32,000 nt of DNA from Acinetobacter marinus (GTDB lineage Bacteria; Pseudomonadota; Gammaproteobacteria; Pseudomonadales; Moraxellaceae). Made by a program: the position numbers and the translations under genes. The notes under the pieces were generated by a model. The model did not search any database. It saw nothing but the letters and a program-made list of their open reading frames with translations, and was not told where the DNA came from. Below, in pieces: positions 15,936 to 26,638 of the stretch (within the stretch, counting starts at the first letter, position 1; the number at the start of each line of letters is the position of its first letter). Location: NCBI RefSeq assembly GCF_900096915.1, contig NZ_FMYK01000002.1, positions 32,808-64,807 on the forward strand, in the 5' to 3' direction.

Positions 15936-16178
15936 TTCGGTATCAACGTATAGTCGTGCTATGCGATATGTTTTTAAACAATAGCCATGGACAAGGTAAA
16001 ATTTGATGATCTGATGGTAAATTGAATCGATGGCGATCACACATTGCATCGGAATTCAGCTTACAGGGAATCAGGAGCTTTGTTCAGCGCAAGACACATA
16101 AATCAAATCAGGGCAGATTGATAAACATCGCAACAGTCTGCATTGGTACAAGGAAATATTTTGGGAGTAGTGGGTACT

Positions 16179-17876
16179 ATGGACAAAGTTTGGCTGAAAG
16201 CGTATGAAAAATTTGGAATTCCTGCAGATATTTCAATGCCAGCAGAAAATACATCGTTAATTGATATTTTCGAAAATAATTTTAAAAAATATAGCTCACG
16301 TGATGCGTTTATTTTCATGGATAAAACCATGACCTTCGCTGAACTAGAAGATCATAGTCGTCGTTTTGCTGCATATTTACAAAGTCTGAATTTGCCGAAA
16401 GGTTCTCGCGTTGCGGTGATGATGCCGAACGTATTCCAATATCCAATCGTGCAAATTGGCGTATTTTTGGCAGGTTTGGTGTTGGTGAACGTCAACCCAT
16501 TGTATACCACACGTGAGCTTGAGCATCAGTTGAATGACTCAGGATCGCAAGTATTGGTGGTGGTAGAAAACTTTGCCAGTGTCTATCAGCCGATTCATGG
16601 TAAAACCACAGTAAAACACGTTGTCGTGACGGGTGTGGGCGATATGCTCGGTATGCTCAAAGGCACTTTAGTGAACTTTGTACTGCGTAAAGTCCGTAAG
16701 CAAGTACCAGAGTGGAGCATTCCAGGTCATGTGCCGTTTAAAACTGCGCTGAACCAAGTTTCTCCAAGTAAATATCAACGTCCAACCGTGAGCTTAAGCG
16801 ACACTGCGGTATTGCAATATACTGGCGGTACTACAGGTGTGTCTAAAGGTGCGGAGTTGACGCATCGTAACCTTGTGGCAAACCTACTGCAATGTGAAGG
16901 CATCTTCTCTTCAAAATTTGGTCAAGGTGATGCAGCACAAGGCGATAAGATCGTCTGTGCGCTGCCGCTATATCATATCTTTGCGTTCATGGTCTGTGCG
17001 CTATACGGCATGTACAAAGGTCAAACCAATATCTTGATTCCAAACCCACGTGATCTCCCTGCGGTGGTCGGTGAGCTGCGTAAGTACAAGCCATCGTTCT
17101 TCCCTGCGGTAAACACCCTATTCAATGCATTGGTGAACAATGAAGAGTTCAAACAACTCGATCATAGCAATCTCAAAATGGCAATGGGTGGCGGTACAGC
17201 AGTATTACCATCAACTGCGGAAGCATGGAAAAAAGTCACTGGTACGACCATTATCGAAGGTTATGGTCTCTCTGAAACCTCGCCTGTAGCGACAGCAAAC
17301 CCGCCGATTAACGAAGAGTTTACTGGAACCATTGGTGTGCCATTACCTGCAACCGAAGTGACTTTGCTAGATGATGATGGCAACGAAATTGCACTTGGCG
17401 CATTGGATGAACAAGGCAATCCACAATCTGGTGAAATCTCGATTCGTGGGCCTCAAGTGATGAAAGGCTATTGGAACCGTCCTGAAGAAACTGCAAAAGT
17501 GATGACAGCAGATGGCTACTTCCGCACAGGTGATGTCGGCATCATGAATGCTGAAGGCTATTTCAAAATTGTCGACCGTAAGAAAGACATGATCTTGGTG
17601 TCTGGCTTTAACGTCTATCCAATCGAAATCGAAGAAGTCGTCTCAAAACATCCAAAAGTATTGGAAGCGGCGGCGATTGGTGTACCAGATGAAAAATCAG
17701 GTGAAGTACCAAAATTGTTTGTGGTGAAAAAAGACGAAAGTCTGACTGCAGAAGAAATCTTGGCGTATACCAAACAAAACCTCACAGGCTATAAGCAACC
17801 ACGTTATGTTGAATTCTTGCAAGAACTGCCAAAATCTAACGTTGGTAAAATCCTGCGTAAAGATTTGCGTAAATAA
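16179..17876 (+). CDS. fadD: Long-chain-fatty-acid--CoA ligase
   Basis: AMP-binding motif YTGGTTGVSKGA plus GYGLSETSP, YFRTGD and GKILRKDLR. The start is set at MDKVWLK, which aligns with the FadD N-terminus (the track starts at a TTG at 16143). Confidence 0.9.
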   Translation: MDKVWLKAYEKFGIPADISMPAENTSLIDIFENNFKKYSSRDAFIFMDKTMTFAELEDHSRRFAAYLQSLNLPKGSRVAVMMPNVFQYPIVQIGVFLAGLVLVNVNPLYTTRELEHQLNDSGSQVLVVVENFASVYQPIHGKTTVKHVVVTGVGDMLGMLKGTLVNFVLRKVRKQVPEWSIPGHVPFKTALNQVSPSKYQRPTVSLSDTAVLQYTGGTTGVSKGAELTHRNLVANLLQCEGIFSSKFGQGDAAQGDKIVCALPLYHIFAFMVCALYGMYKGQTNILIPNPRDLPAVVGELRKYKPSFFPAVNTLFNALVNNEEFKQLDHSNLKMAMGGGTAVLPSTAEAWKKVTGTTIIEGYGLSETSPVATANPPINEEFTGTIGVPLPATEVTLLDDDGNEIALGALDEQGNPQSGEISIRGPQVMKGYWNRPEETAKVMTADGYFRTGDVGIMNAEGYFKIVDRKKDMILVSGFNVYPIEIEEVVSKHPKVLEAAAIGVPDEKSGEVPKLFVVKKDESLTAEEILAYTKQNLTGYKQPRYVEFLQELPKSNVGKILRKDLRK

Positions 17877-17901
17877 TTCGCTTAAGTATATCCAAGACAA
17901 T

Positions 17902-17927
17902 AAAAAAGCAGCTTCGGCTGCTTTTTT
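17902..17927. terminator. Bidirectional rho-independent terminator
   Basis: AAAAAAGCAGC-TTCG-GCTGCTTTTTT, between convergent genes. Confidence 0.8.
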
Positions 17928-17983
17928 CTATTTAAAAATCATGATGTGACTGTTATACACATTGTGATTGAACAGCATCGTGA

Positions 17984-18382
17984 TTAAAACGAATCTTTTT
18001 TCATCATGGCACGTTCAAACATAAAGCGGGTCAACCCGATCAGTGAAACGAATAAAATCATCGACAGCAGCTGACGCTTAAGTCCAGTGATATTAAATTG
18101 CATGTGGTAACTGAGATAGTTGTCGATCAAGCAATAGATCAAGACGATAGTGAGCGTGAGTGCCAATGATTTTTTCTTGATGCCGACCATGACAAAGCAG
18201 ATACCAAGTACGATCGCTGTGCCGATGGTGGATAAAATGTTCCAATTGGCAAAAATCGCACTCAGTAAGAGTGCCAAAATCGGCAAAATAATCCACAAGA
18301 TACGGTCTAAATCACGGCGATTTTTTTCCTGAACAGCTAAGGCGTGCTCCAGCTCCTGATTGGGGTCAGTTTTTTTATTCAT
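17984..18382 (-). CDS. Hypothetical inner-membrane protein (132 aa, ~4 TM)
   Basis: Hydrophobic segments throughout. No family recognised. Confidence 0.55.
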   Translation of the reverse strand: MNKKTDPNQELEHALAVQEKNRRDLDRILWIILPILALLLSAIFANWNILSTIGTAIVLGICFVMVGIKKKSLALTLTIVLIYCLIDNYLSYHMQFNITGLKRQLLSMILFVSLIGLTRFMFERAMMKKDSF

Positions 18383-18491
18383 CGCTACATCCGCAAATTC
18401 AAATATCGAAAAATCCAGAACATGGTATCATGCTTCGGAAAATTAAATTGTTGATTTACGCAGACTTTCAATTTCAATGCCGAGGACATTC

Positions 18492-18887
18492 ATGCATAGC
18501 TTAAATATCATCATTCTGATCATTTTAGTTGCATGTTTATTGCCCTATGTTTTTGCCTTCATTGCGCGCATGACTTCGAGCTACGATGCCAAAATTCATG
18601 ATAGTCATCGCCAAGTGGTTGAGCAGTCGCAGGGCATTACCCGACGTGCTGATGCGGTACAAAAGAATAGCTATGAAGGCTTGCCATTATTTATCGCTGC
18701 GATGTTGATCGCAGATTATTTGGTGGTGCCCGATTTTTTTGTGGTGACATTGGGCATCGCCTATCTGATTTTAAGAGTGATTTATGGGCTATGTTATTTA
18801 GCCAATTTTAATCGCTTGCGTTCGGTATTCTGGATGCTTGCTACCTTATGCCCTGTGTGTTTGCTGATTATCTGTATCCGTCTCTGA
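18492..18887 (+). CDS. MAPEG-family membrane protein
   Basis: RRADAVQKNSYEGLPLFIAA matches the MAPEG R..A..N..E..P.F motif. The start is set at the ATG preceded by GAGGA (the track starts at 18477). Confidence 0.65.
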   Translation: MHSLNIIILIILVACLLPYVFAFIARMTSSYDAKIHDSHRQVVEQSQGITRRADAVQKNSYEGLPLFIAAMLIADYLVVPDFFVVTLGIAYLILRVIYGLCYLANFNRLRSVFWMLATLCPVCLLIICIRL

Positions 18888-19074
18888 GTGTTTATAAAAC
18901 GGCAAGAATCATGGAAGGAACATGCAATAAAACATGACAATTCTTCGTGCAATTGACAGCGCAACAGCTTGAGATTTAAGTATAATAGGTCGATTAAAAT
19001 TTTTAGATGATAATATTTTGCAAGATACGCAATGCATTATCGCCATTTATTTCACCACAGACAAAGAGTGAGCT

Positions 19075-19602
19075 ATGAGTTACAACAATATTCCGCCAGG
19101 TAAAGACGCACCAAACGACATCTATGTGATCGTTGAAATTCCTGCCAATGCTGCACCGATCAAATATGAAATCGACAAAGATTCTGATGCATTGTTTGTC
19201 GACCGTTTCATGGGTACAGCGATGTTCTATCCTGCGAACTACGGTTATGTGCCAAATACTTTGTCAGAAGATGGCGATCCGCTAGACGTATTGGTCGTTA
19301 CACCGCATCCAGTGGCTGCGGGTTCGGTGATTCGTTGCCGTCCAGTGGGTAAATTGAACATGGAAGATGATGGTGGTATTGATGCGAAATTGATCGCTGT
19401 ACCGCACGAGAAACTTTCTCCACTGTACAAAGACGTGCAAGAATATACTGATCTTCCGCCATTGTTGATCAGTCAAATTGAACACTTCTTCTCACATTAC
19501 AAAGATTTAGAGCCTGGTAAATGGGTAAAAATCAGTGGTTGGGAAAATGCTGAAGTAGCAAAAGCTGAAATCCTAAAATCAATCGAAGCGTTTAAAAAAT
19601 AA
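19075..19602 (+). CDS. ppa: Inorganic pyrophosphatase
   Basis: 175 aa with family I PPase motifs: [39 protein letters not shown]. Confidence 0.95.
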   Translation: MSYNNIPPGKDAPNDIYVIVEIPANAAPIKYEIDKDSDALFVDRFMGTAMFYPANYGYVPNTLSEDGDPLDVLVVTPHPVAAGSVIRCRPVGKLNMEDDGGIDAKLIAVPHEKLSPLYKDVQEYTDLPPLLISQIEHFFSHYKDLEPGKWVKISGWENAEVAKAEILKSIEAFKK

Positions 19603-19618
19603 GCTGAAAGATTGAAGT

Positions 19619-19645
19619 AAAAAGACCGCATTTGCGGTCTTTTTT
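19619..19645. terminator. Bidirectional rho-independent terminator
   Basis: AAAAAGACCGC-ATTT-GCGGTCTTTTTT, between convergent ppa and the MscS-family gene. Confidence 0.8.
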
Positions 19646-19667
19646 GATTGACGGATGTGTTTATTGA

Positions 19668-20966
19668 TTAGGTATTTTCTGTGTTCTTCGCCTGCTTTTG
19701 CGCTAATTCAGGCGCATGCAACTCTTGTCGCTCAAGTTGAATATTTTGAAAATCGGCACCCGACGGCGCTTGGTATGCACGCAAACCAAACTCACTGATA
19801 ATCGCAAACAGATGATCGAAAATATCTGACTGAATATCTTCATATGCAACCCATGCAGTGGTATTGGTGAAGCAATACAACTCCAGCGGTAAGCCTTGCG
19901 CAGTTGGTTGAAGTTGGCGGACGAGCAAAGTCTGATCTTGTGCGATGCCATCATGCTTTTGCAAATAAAGCAACATGTAGGCTCGGAAAGTCCCAAGATT
20001 GGTCATACGGCGTTGATTAAATAAGTCTTTGATACTGCTATTCCATTCTGCCAGTTCATGGCTTTTTTTATCGATATAAGTCTCAAGTAGCAGAAAATTT
20101 TTTAAACGGGCAATGTCATCATCAGATAAGAAATGTACGCTACTTTGATCGACATAGAAGGCACGTTTGATGCGACGTCGCCCAAGATCGGTCATACCAC
20201 GCCAGTTTTTAAAGGTGTCGGTGACCAATTTGTTGGTTGGAACCACGGTATAGGTTTTATCAAAGTTTTGCACGGTGACGGTGTGCAGTGCAATATCAAT
20301 CACCGTACCATCTGCGCCAAGACTTGGCATTTCGATCCAGTCGCCGATACGGATCATGTCATACGATGAGATTTGAACACTTGCCACCAAAGACAAGATG
20401 GTATTTTGAAAAACCAACATCAGCACCGCAGCCATTGCACCGAAGCCTGCTAGCAAGGTAAACACATCTTTCTTTAAAAAGGTGCCAATAATCATCAAAC
20501 CGCAGACGATATAGACGATGAGTTTGATTAGTTGCAGATAGCCTTTGATCGGTTTATTGGCGGATTTGGGATTGGTTTGATAGGACAGATTAAAAATATT
20601 TAAAAAGTCGCTGATCGCCAGCGCCATCGTCACAAAAATCCATGCCTGTGACAGCATTTGTACCAATTGGACGACTTTCTCAGACAAGTGTGGGACTGTG
20701 CCGATACCATTGATAATCACCAAAGCAGGGACAATGTTGGCGATTCGACGAATGACGCTATGCTTTTGAAAACCTGCGCTATTTTTAATCCAAGATACTC
20801 TGGCAAGGAGTTTGCGAATGCCCACCACCACGACTTTTTTGGTGATCAGATAGGCGACAGCTGCGACGAGACACAAAATTGCCAATGAATTGAGCATCTC
20901 TAACCACGGATATTGGTCAATCCAGTCTTGTAACTTTAGCCAAATCTCTTGCACAGCACACTCCAC
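19668..20966 (-). CDS. Mechanosensitive ion channel family protein (MscS-like)
   Basis: 432 aa. N-terminal TM helices, then the MscS core pattern (ILSLVASVQISSYDMIRIGDWIEMPSLGADGTVIDIALHTVTVQNFDKT). Confidence 0.8.
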   Translation of the reverse strand: MECAVQEIWLKLQDWIDQYPWLEMLNSLAILCLVAAVAYLITKKVVVVGIRKLLARVSWIKNSAGFQKHSVIRRIANIVPALVIINGIGTVPHLSEKVVQLVQMLSQAWIFVTMALAISDFLNIFNLSYQTNPKSANKPIKGYLQLIKLIVYIVCGLMIIGTFLKKDVFTLLAGFGAMAAVLMLVFQNTILSLVASVQISSYDMIRIGDWIEMPSLGADGTVIDIALHTVTVQNFDKTYTVVPTNKLVTDTFKNWRGMTDLGRRRIKRAFYVDQSSVHFLSDDDIARLKNFLLLETYIDKKSHELAEWNSSIKDLFNQRRMTNLGTFRAYMLLYLQKHDGIAQDQTLLVRQLQPTAQGLPLELYCFTNTTAWVAYEDIQSDIFDHLFAIISEFGLRAYQAPSGADFQNIQLERQELHAPELAQKQAKNTENT

Positions 20967-21254
20967 ATTTCATCATTTTAAAGGCATTCTGCGAGCTCAG
21001 CAGATCAACCAAAATCATTTCATCAAGAAGTCGCATAGCTTAAACTATGTCTATGCCAGTCGGATGTTATTTGTCAAAAAAGAACATAAAAAAACAATAT
21101 TTAAAAGTTAAGCTAAGAAATCATAAAATCTAAAACCGTGATGAGTGATCGCTGTCATTTAAGAAACTACAATTTTTGCTATACCTCAGAGATTGGTTCA
21201 GGCACAATCAATATCAGTCAAATTTATGTTTTTACTTATTTTTAGGAGCTCTAA

Positions 21255-22178
21255 ATGACTGCGCAATCTGTCATTTTGCCACTACCTTCCGATCATGCCC
21301 GCTTTATCGTGATTCGCTTGGGACAACTGACCATAGAACAACTCAAACAGCAACTCAATGATCTGATCAATACTCGAGATCGTTTGATCACCCAACACGC
21401 CAACGCCGAAATTAAAACAGCAATCGCATTTTCACCGTCGCTTTGGCAACAACTTCATGATCAAACTCCTGAAAATTTTCATCAGCTTGAACCATTACAA
21501 GGCGCATTCTTGATGCCTGTTGATGCAGGTGATGTATTGATTCACGTGGCGAGTAGCAAGGCAGATATTTGTTTTGCACTGAGCCAAGCATTTTTTAACG
21601 GTGTTCGTGAGCAAGTAGACGTGCTTGAAGAGCGTACCTGCTTTAAATATCTGGATAGCCGTGATTTAACGGGCTTTATTGATGGCACAGAGAATCCGCA
21701 ATTCAAAGATGACCGTGAAGAAGTGGCGCTACTTGGAGAAGATGCGGGTATTTTTGCAGATGGTAGTTTTGTTTTTGCTCAGCGCTATGTGCATGATTTG
21801 GAAAAATTCAATCGCTTAAAAGTCGATGCGCAAGAGCATGTGATCGGTCGTTCTAAGCTCGAAAGTATCGAGATGGAAGACGATGTCAAACCTGACAATG
21901 CGCATATCGCACGTGTGGTGATCGAAGATGATGCGGGCGAAGAGCTCGAAATCGTGCGCCACAGTTTGCCTTATGGTGACGGACATGGTGAGCAAGGTTT
22001 GTTTTTTATCGCCTACACCAAAGATTTAAATATTATTGATCAAATGCTTGAGCATATGTTTGGTACGACAGGGGATCATATCCACGATCGTCTGTTGCAT
22101 TTCACCACAGCGGTCAATGGTGGCTATTATTTTGCACCATCTGATGAATTATTGGCTGAAGTCATTGATGAAGATTGA
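21255..22178 (+). CDS. Dyp-type (dye-decolorizing) peroxidase, YfeX-like
   Basis: Hallmark GFIDGTENP (GxxDG) motif, length of about 300 aa, and an AGGAG RBS. Confidence 0.85.
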   Translation: MTAQSVILPLPSDHARFIVIRLGQLTIEQLKQQLNDLINTRDRLITQHANAEIKTAIAFSPSLWQQLHDQTPENFHQLEPLQGAFLMPVDAGDVLIHVASSKADICFALSQAFFNGVREQVDVLEERTCFKYLDSRDLTGFIDGTENPQFKDDREEVALLGEDAGIFADGSFVFAQRYVHDLEKFNRLKVDAQEHVIGRSKLESIEMEDDVKPDNAHIARVVIEDDAGEELEIVRHSLPYGDGHGEQGLFFIAYTKDLNIIDQMLEHMFGTTGDHIHDRLLHFTTAVNGGYYFAPSDELLAEVIDED

Positions 22179-22209
22179 TTTTGTGATTCATTGATAAAAA
22201 TGTAAAAGG

Positions 22210-22347
22210 AGCTGTCTCAAAATCCAATTTTCAACCCCACCTAACCTCCCCTTAAAAAGGGGAGGAATTTTAGCCATTTGATTTTATTGAGCGGTTTTCC
22301 CCCTGTGAAGGGGGAATTAAAGGGGGTTTTATAGTTTTGAGACAGCT
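22210..22347. repeat. MITE/REP-like palindromic element with 13-bp terminal inverted repeats
   Basis: AGCTGTCTCAAAA (22210-22222) pairs with TTTTGAGACAGCT (22335-22347). Internal hairpins are CCTCCCC-N7-GGGGAGG (22245-22265) and TTCCCCC-N6-GGGGGAA (22297-22316). Confidence 0.55.
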
Positions 22348-22385
22348 TTTTAACTTTGGGGAATCAAAAGCCGAATTTTGCGATT

Positions 22386-22655
22386 TTAGATTTTAGAAAA
22401 ATCAACCAAACGTGCGGTAATACGGCGCACAATCGGTAATAAAATCAACACCGCAGGGAAGGCGATACACCATGAAAAAAACCATGCCGAAATCCAAACT
22501 GTCGCAAAATGATCGACAAAACCAATATTGTGAATAATATTGATGAATGAAATCAGTCCACTCATCATAAATGACAAAATAAACGGAATCACCACCGCAG
22601 CATATTTGGCAGGAAGTTTTGGCACCGTGCCAAAGATATAAGGAGATTGAGACAT
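22386..22655 (-). CDS. Small membrane protein, DUF2798-like
   Basis: Two to three TM segments. The start is set at MSQSPYIFG (the track extends to 22712). The family call is from memory only. Confidence 0.5.
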   Translation of the reverse strand: MSQSPYIFGTVPKLPAKYAAVVIPFILSFMMSGLISFINIIHNIGFVDHFATVWISAWFFSWCIAFPAVLILLPIVRRITARLVDFSKI

Positions 22656-22824
22656 AAAGCGGATCAAATCAAAAAGATGGACTATTCTAACCATATTTAC
22701 AAAATTAGCCAAAAATTAACCAGAAAAAAACCACATCAAATACCGATCGCATGCTCTTCGCTCTCCCTTTGTACGGCAAAATTTGCTATATTTGCTTTCT
22801 TTTTTCGCAATATTCCGAGCGGTT

Positions 22825-24642
22825 ATGAACACGGCAATCCAAAATGCACTGGCGCAAGCAGTGACGGCACTTCAATCTCAAAATATTCTTCCACAAGATT
22901 GGCAAAATAACAGTGTATTGACCCGTACCAAAGACCGTAGTCATGGCGATTTTGCCTCAAATATTGCCATGGTGGCGTCCAAAGTTGCAGGCATGAAGCC
23001 ACGTGATTTGGCAGAAAAAATTTTAGAAAATCTACCAACGGTCAGTGACATCAGTAAGGCGGAAATCGCAGGGCCAGGCTTTATCAATTTCTTTTTAAAT
23101 GCCGATCAACGCTTTGTGGTACTAGACACCATTGCGACGCAAAAAGAGCAATACGGTCGTAGCCAAGTCAATCAAGCCGAAAAAATCCAAGTCGAATTTG
23201 TCTCTGCCAATCCAACATCGAGTTTGCATGTTGGACATGGTCGTGGTGCAGCGTATGGGATGACCGTGGCGAATTTGCTGGAAGCCACAGGTGCAACCGT
23301 TGATCGTGAATATTATGTCAATGATGCAGGGCGTCAGATGGACATCTTGGCGACGTCGACCTACTTGCGTTATTTAGAGTTGTGCGGTCAAACGCTGGTT
23401 TTCCCAAAGAATGCTTATCAAGGCGACTACGTTAAAGACATCGCACAAAGCATTATTGACGCCGATCAGAGCCAAGATAAAAATCATTATGTTCGTGATG
23501 TTGCGGATGTCTATGCAGAAGTGCCTGAAGATGTGCAATATGCTGAGGAGCTTGATGCAGAAGGCAACAAAGTCGTGCTGTCTGGTGATAAAGAAAAGCA
23601 TATCGATGGTTTGATTGCCAATAGTCAAAAGTTGCTTGGTGAAGATTATGCGGTGTTCCATCAAGCAGCGTTAAAAGCCATTTTGGATGATATTCAAGAT
23701 GATTTGGCGGATTTCGGCGTGACTTTTGCCAAGTGGTTTAGCGAAGCCTCATTGATTGAGAAGATTGATGAAGCCTTAGCGGTGCTCGATCAGCGTGGTT
23801 TCCTCTATGAAAAGGACGGCAATATTTGGTTTAAATCCACTGAATTCGGTGATGAAAAAGACCGTGTGGTAAAACGTCGTAACGGTCAAACTACCTATTT
23901 TGCTTCGGATATTGCTTATCACTTAGACAAGTTACAACGTGGCTATACCCATATCGTGGATATTTGGGGATCAGACCATCATGGCTATATCGCTCGGGTC
24001 AAAGCGGCGATTGATGCGCTTGGCTATGATTCATCAAAATTGACTGTGCTTTTGGTGCAGTTCGTCAGTCTATGGCGTGGCGGTGAAATGGTACAAATGT
24101 CCTCTCGCTCAGGGCAGTTTGTGACTTTGCGTGAGCTTCGTCAGGAAGTTGGCAATGATGCGGCACGGTTCTACTATGTGATGCGAAAGTCTGAGCAACA
24201 TATTGATTTTGATTTGGATTTGGCAGTTTCACAAAGTAAAGACAATGCGGTGTATTACATCCAATATGCCCATGCACGTGTGAATCGTATGGTCGATGTG
24301 AGAGCACCAGAAAAAAATATTCCGTTTAATCGAAATGCCGTCGATGACTATGACCGAACATTGTTAAGTCATGAGTTTGAGACCGAGTTGCTGGTAAAAC
24401 TAGCAGCCTATCCAGAGATTGTGATTCGTGCGGCCAATGCCTATGAACCACATCAGATAGGTAATTATCTCAAAGACTTGGCGGCATTGTTCCACGGCTG
24501 GTATGCGCAAGATGACATCAAAATATTGGATGAGAACAATATTGCCTTGTCGCAAGCACGTTTATTACTTTCGGTCAATGTACAGCAAGTTTTGCGCAAT
24601 GGGTTAAATGTGCTTGGTGTCAGTGCGCCTGAGTCTATGTAA
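22825..24642 (+). CDS. argS: Arginine--tRNA ligase
   Basis: Class I HIGH motif (SANPTSSLHVGHGRG), an MSSRSG (KMSKS-equivalent) motif, and a DALR-type C-terminus. The start is set at MNTAIQNAL (the track starts at 22783). Confidence 0.93.
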   Translation: MNTAIQNALAQAVTALQSQNILPQDWQNNSVLTRTKDRSHGDFASNIAMVASKVAGMKPRDLAEKILENLPTVSDISKAEIAGPGFINFFLNADQRFVVLDTIATQKEQYGRSQVNQAEKIQVEFVSANPTSSLHVGHGRGAAYGMTVANLLEATGATVDREYYVNDAGRQMDILATSTYLRYLELCGQTLVFPKNAYQGDYVKDIAQSIIDADQSQDKNHYVRDVADVYAEVPEDVQYAEELDAEGNKVVLSGDKEKHIDGLIANSQKLLGEDYAVFHQAALKAILDDIQDDLADFGVTFAKWFSEASLIEKIDEALAVLDQRGFLYEKDGNIWFKSTEFGDEKDRVVKRRNGQTTYFASDIAYHLDKLQRGYTHIVDIWGSDHHGYIARVKAAIDALGYDSSKLTVLLVQFVSLWRGGEMVQMSSRSGQFVTLRELRQEVGNDAARFYYVMRKSEQHIDFDLDLAVSQSKDNAVYYIQYAHARVNRMVDVRAPEKNIPFNRNAVDDYDRTLLSHEFETELLVKLAAYPEIVIRAANAYEPHQIGNYLKDLAALFHGWYAQDDIKILDENNIALSQARLLLSVNVQQVLRNGLNVLGVSAPESM

Positions 24643-24829
24643 CAATTTATTTTAGTTGCTATGAAGCGCCAAGAAATTCTGTAATATAAATGCCATAGTG
24701 CATTGCCATGGAACTAAAGCAATGCCATCAGGTGAGAATACTGACAAAATACGATGTGGTTGATCACATTATGTTTTGTCAGTGAACCATGATGTAATTT
24801 TCATTGCTCAAAAAATTAGAGGACAGTCT

Positions 24830-25477
24830 GTGTTTGGTAAAGCCCCTCGTGGAGTGTCGCAACGCCCAAAAACACGTGAAAATACCCGAGCCATTCCATC
24901 ATGGCTATGGCTGGTGGTTTTGGTTTTAGCAGGGATTTGTGTTGCCATTTTCTTGTCATTGTGGAGTCCGTGGAAGCCCGTTGAGCGCAAAACGGTGACG
25001 CAAGGACCGATGTCCGTCAATGGACAGGAAACCAATAAAGACTACCGTTTTTACGATATGTTGCCACAGCAACAAGTCACGCCGATTCCTGATCAAGCCG
25101 TACCTGAACATCAAGTGGAACAGCCTGTGGTAGTGGTTGAAGCACCTGCACGACCAACGACGGAAACCTCAGAAGAAGTTGTGAGTGATCCTTTTGATGA
25201 AAATTATCCAACGGCGCAGATAAGCGTCAGTCCACGGTTTATTCTACAAGTGCGCAGCTATGAAGATCCTGACAGTGCCGATGCTCGGCGTGCGGAAATC
25301 GTACTCAATGGTTTATCCGCCGAAGTGATCATGACTAATGAAGGGGAGAAGGTCTGGTATCGTGTGATTTCTGGGCCGTATCATTCTAAAGAGTCTGCAC
25401 ATATCGCACAGCAAACTTTGCAACATGCAGGGATTGACTCCATCATTGTGCAGCAGTCAACGAAAGCAACGCACTAA
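24830..25477 (+). CDS. SPOR domain-containing cell-division/septal protein
   Basis: N-terminal TM (WLWLVVLVLAGICVAIF), a Pro/Glu-rich linker, and a C-terminal SPOR-like domain (ILQVRSYEDPDSADARRAEIVLNG...WYRVISGPY). GTG start preceded by GAGGA (the track uses TTG at 24776). Confidence 0.7.
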   Translation: MFGKAPRGVSQRPKTRENTRAIPSWLWLVVLVLAGICVAIFLSLWSPWKPVERKTVTQGPMSVNGQETNKDYRFYDMLPQQQVTPIPDQAVPEHQVEQPVVVVEAPARPTTETSEEVVSDPFDENYPTAQISVSPRFILQVRSYEDPDSADARRAEIVLNGLSAEVIMTNEGEKVWYRVISGPYHSKESAHIAQQTLQHAGIDSIIVQQSTKATH

Positions 25478-25616
25478 TTACAGTCGCTAATTAATGTCAC
25501 AAAAAAAGTCACTGACTTCGAATAATTAATTTTTAATTGCTTTGATCATGCACTGATACTACAGCGTATTTCGGTGCATTTTTATGTCAGCGATCATACG
25601 GTTAAATTGTATTAGC

Positions 25617-25644
25617 AAAAAAAGAACCCTGCCGAAACAGGGTT
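25617..25644 (-). terminator. Rho-independent terminator of the distal porin gene
   Basis: AACCCTG-TTTCGG-CAGGGTT followed by a T-run on the minus strand. Confidence 0.7.
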
Positions 25645-25707
25645 TGCGAAAACGTGAAATTGTAAAAAATATATTATTATCAAATGACTAGATTTAACAA
25701 TGGTCAA

Positions 25708-26466
25708 TTAAAATGATTTGGTTAAGGTAAATACCGCACCAGCATCAACCCCACGTTTTGCAACATCGCTCATGTCATCGGTATCAATGTCTGTGCCGAC
25801 TGCTGCCAATTCAGCAGTTAAACCATCAAACATCGGAATCGCATAGTTCACACCGACTTTCCAATCGAGATAGTCATCACTGCCTTTACCATCAAAATCG
25901 TAATCAGATGTAGTGGTATAACCTAGACCTGCAACACCGCCAAAGCCTGCACCAAATGGGATAGAGTAGGTTGCATTGAAGTACCATTGATCGCCTTTAG
26001 CTAAGTCACCTAAGTAATCATTCGCATAATTAATACTGGTCAATAAGCTGTCATCGGCAGTAATGAGAGAACCGAACGTCAATTTTGCATAAAATTCAGC
26101 CCAGTTGAGGTCAGAAGCACTTGGATAATTGTAGTATGAAACACCCACATCAAGGACTGGTTTTGATGCAAAAGAACTGAGTTCAGTTGAATAGCCTAAA
26201 TATGGGTCAAGTTCTAAGTGTGGGTCAGCAGTACCAAAATTAACATTAGAACCCCACACACCCGCATACAGACCAGAAGTGTGCGCAAAGTTAAATCCTG
26301 CTTGCAAAGCGGCATCATTCTGATTTTGGGTAATACCACGGAAGCGATAATCAGATGTTAATGCAGCGCTACCAGAAAGCGTTACTGAACTTTCAGAAGC
26401 TAAAGTGACGCCACTTGCACAAGTGAGTAATGATGTAGCCAAAAGAGTAGAAAGTTTAAAATTCAT
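25708..26466 (-). CDS. TorF-family (TIGR02001/Gcw_chp-like) putative outer-membrane porin, paralogue 1
   Basis: Signal peptide, then TLSGSAALTSDYRFRGITQ...GLYAGVWGSNVNF...LELDPYLGY, and a C-terminal aromatic residue (F). Confidence 0.75.
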   Translation of the reverse strand: MNFKLSTLLATSLLTCASGVTLASESSVTLSGSAALTSDYRFRGITQNQNDAALQAGFNFAHTSGLYAGVWGSNVNFGTADPHLELDPYLGYSTELSSFASKPVLDVGVSYYNYPSASDLNWAEFYAKLTFGSLITADDSLLTSINYANDYLGDLAKGDQWYFNATYSIPFGAGFGGVAGLGYTTTSDYDFDGKGSDDYLDWKVGVNYAIPMFDGLTAELAAVGTDIDTDDMSDVAKRGVDAGAVFTLTKSF

Positions 26467-26535
26467 GGTGGTTTCCCCGCAAAGAAAAGTGATTCATCCA
26501 AATCAAATTGATTTAAAATGACCTAATAAGTAATT

Positions 26536-26551
26536 AGCAAATAACGTGCCA
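26536..26551 (-). promoter_or_regulatory. Sigma-54 (-24/-12) promoter: TGGCACGTTATTTGCT
   Basis: Read on the minus strand about 70 nt upstream of the ATG at 26466. Fits TGGCAC-N5-TTGCW exactly. Confidence 0.7.
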
Positions 26552-26638
26552 ATATGTGAAAATTTTTCATTGATATTGTTCGATAAAGTCAGCGTGTTTA
26601 TTTCGATTATTAGAGTGTGCTTGAAGTTAAAATAGGAA

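Noticed and set aside
22783-22824. N-terminal extensions of track ORFs: argS 22783; also hom 30447, dsbC 31368, fadD 16143, thioesterase 13442, pIII-like 9096, SPOR 24776, MAPEG 18477, DUF2798 22712
   Set aside because: The extensions lack RBSs and precede conserved N-termini or signal peptides. Internal starts with Shine-Dalgarno sequences fit better.
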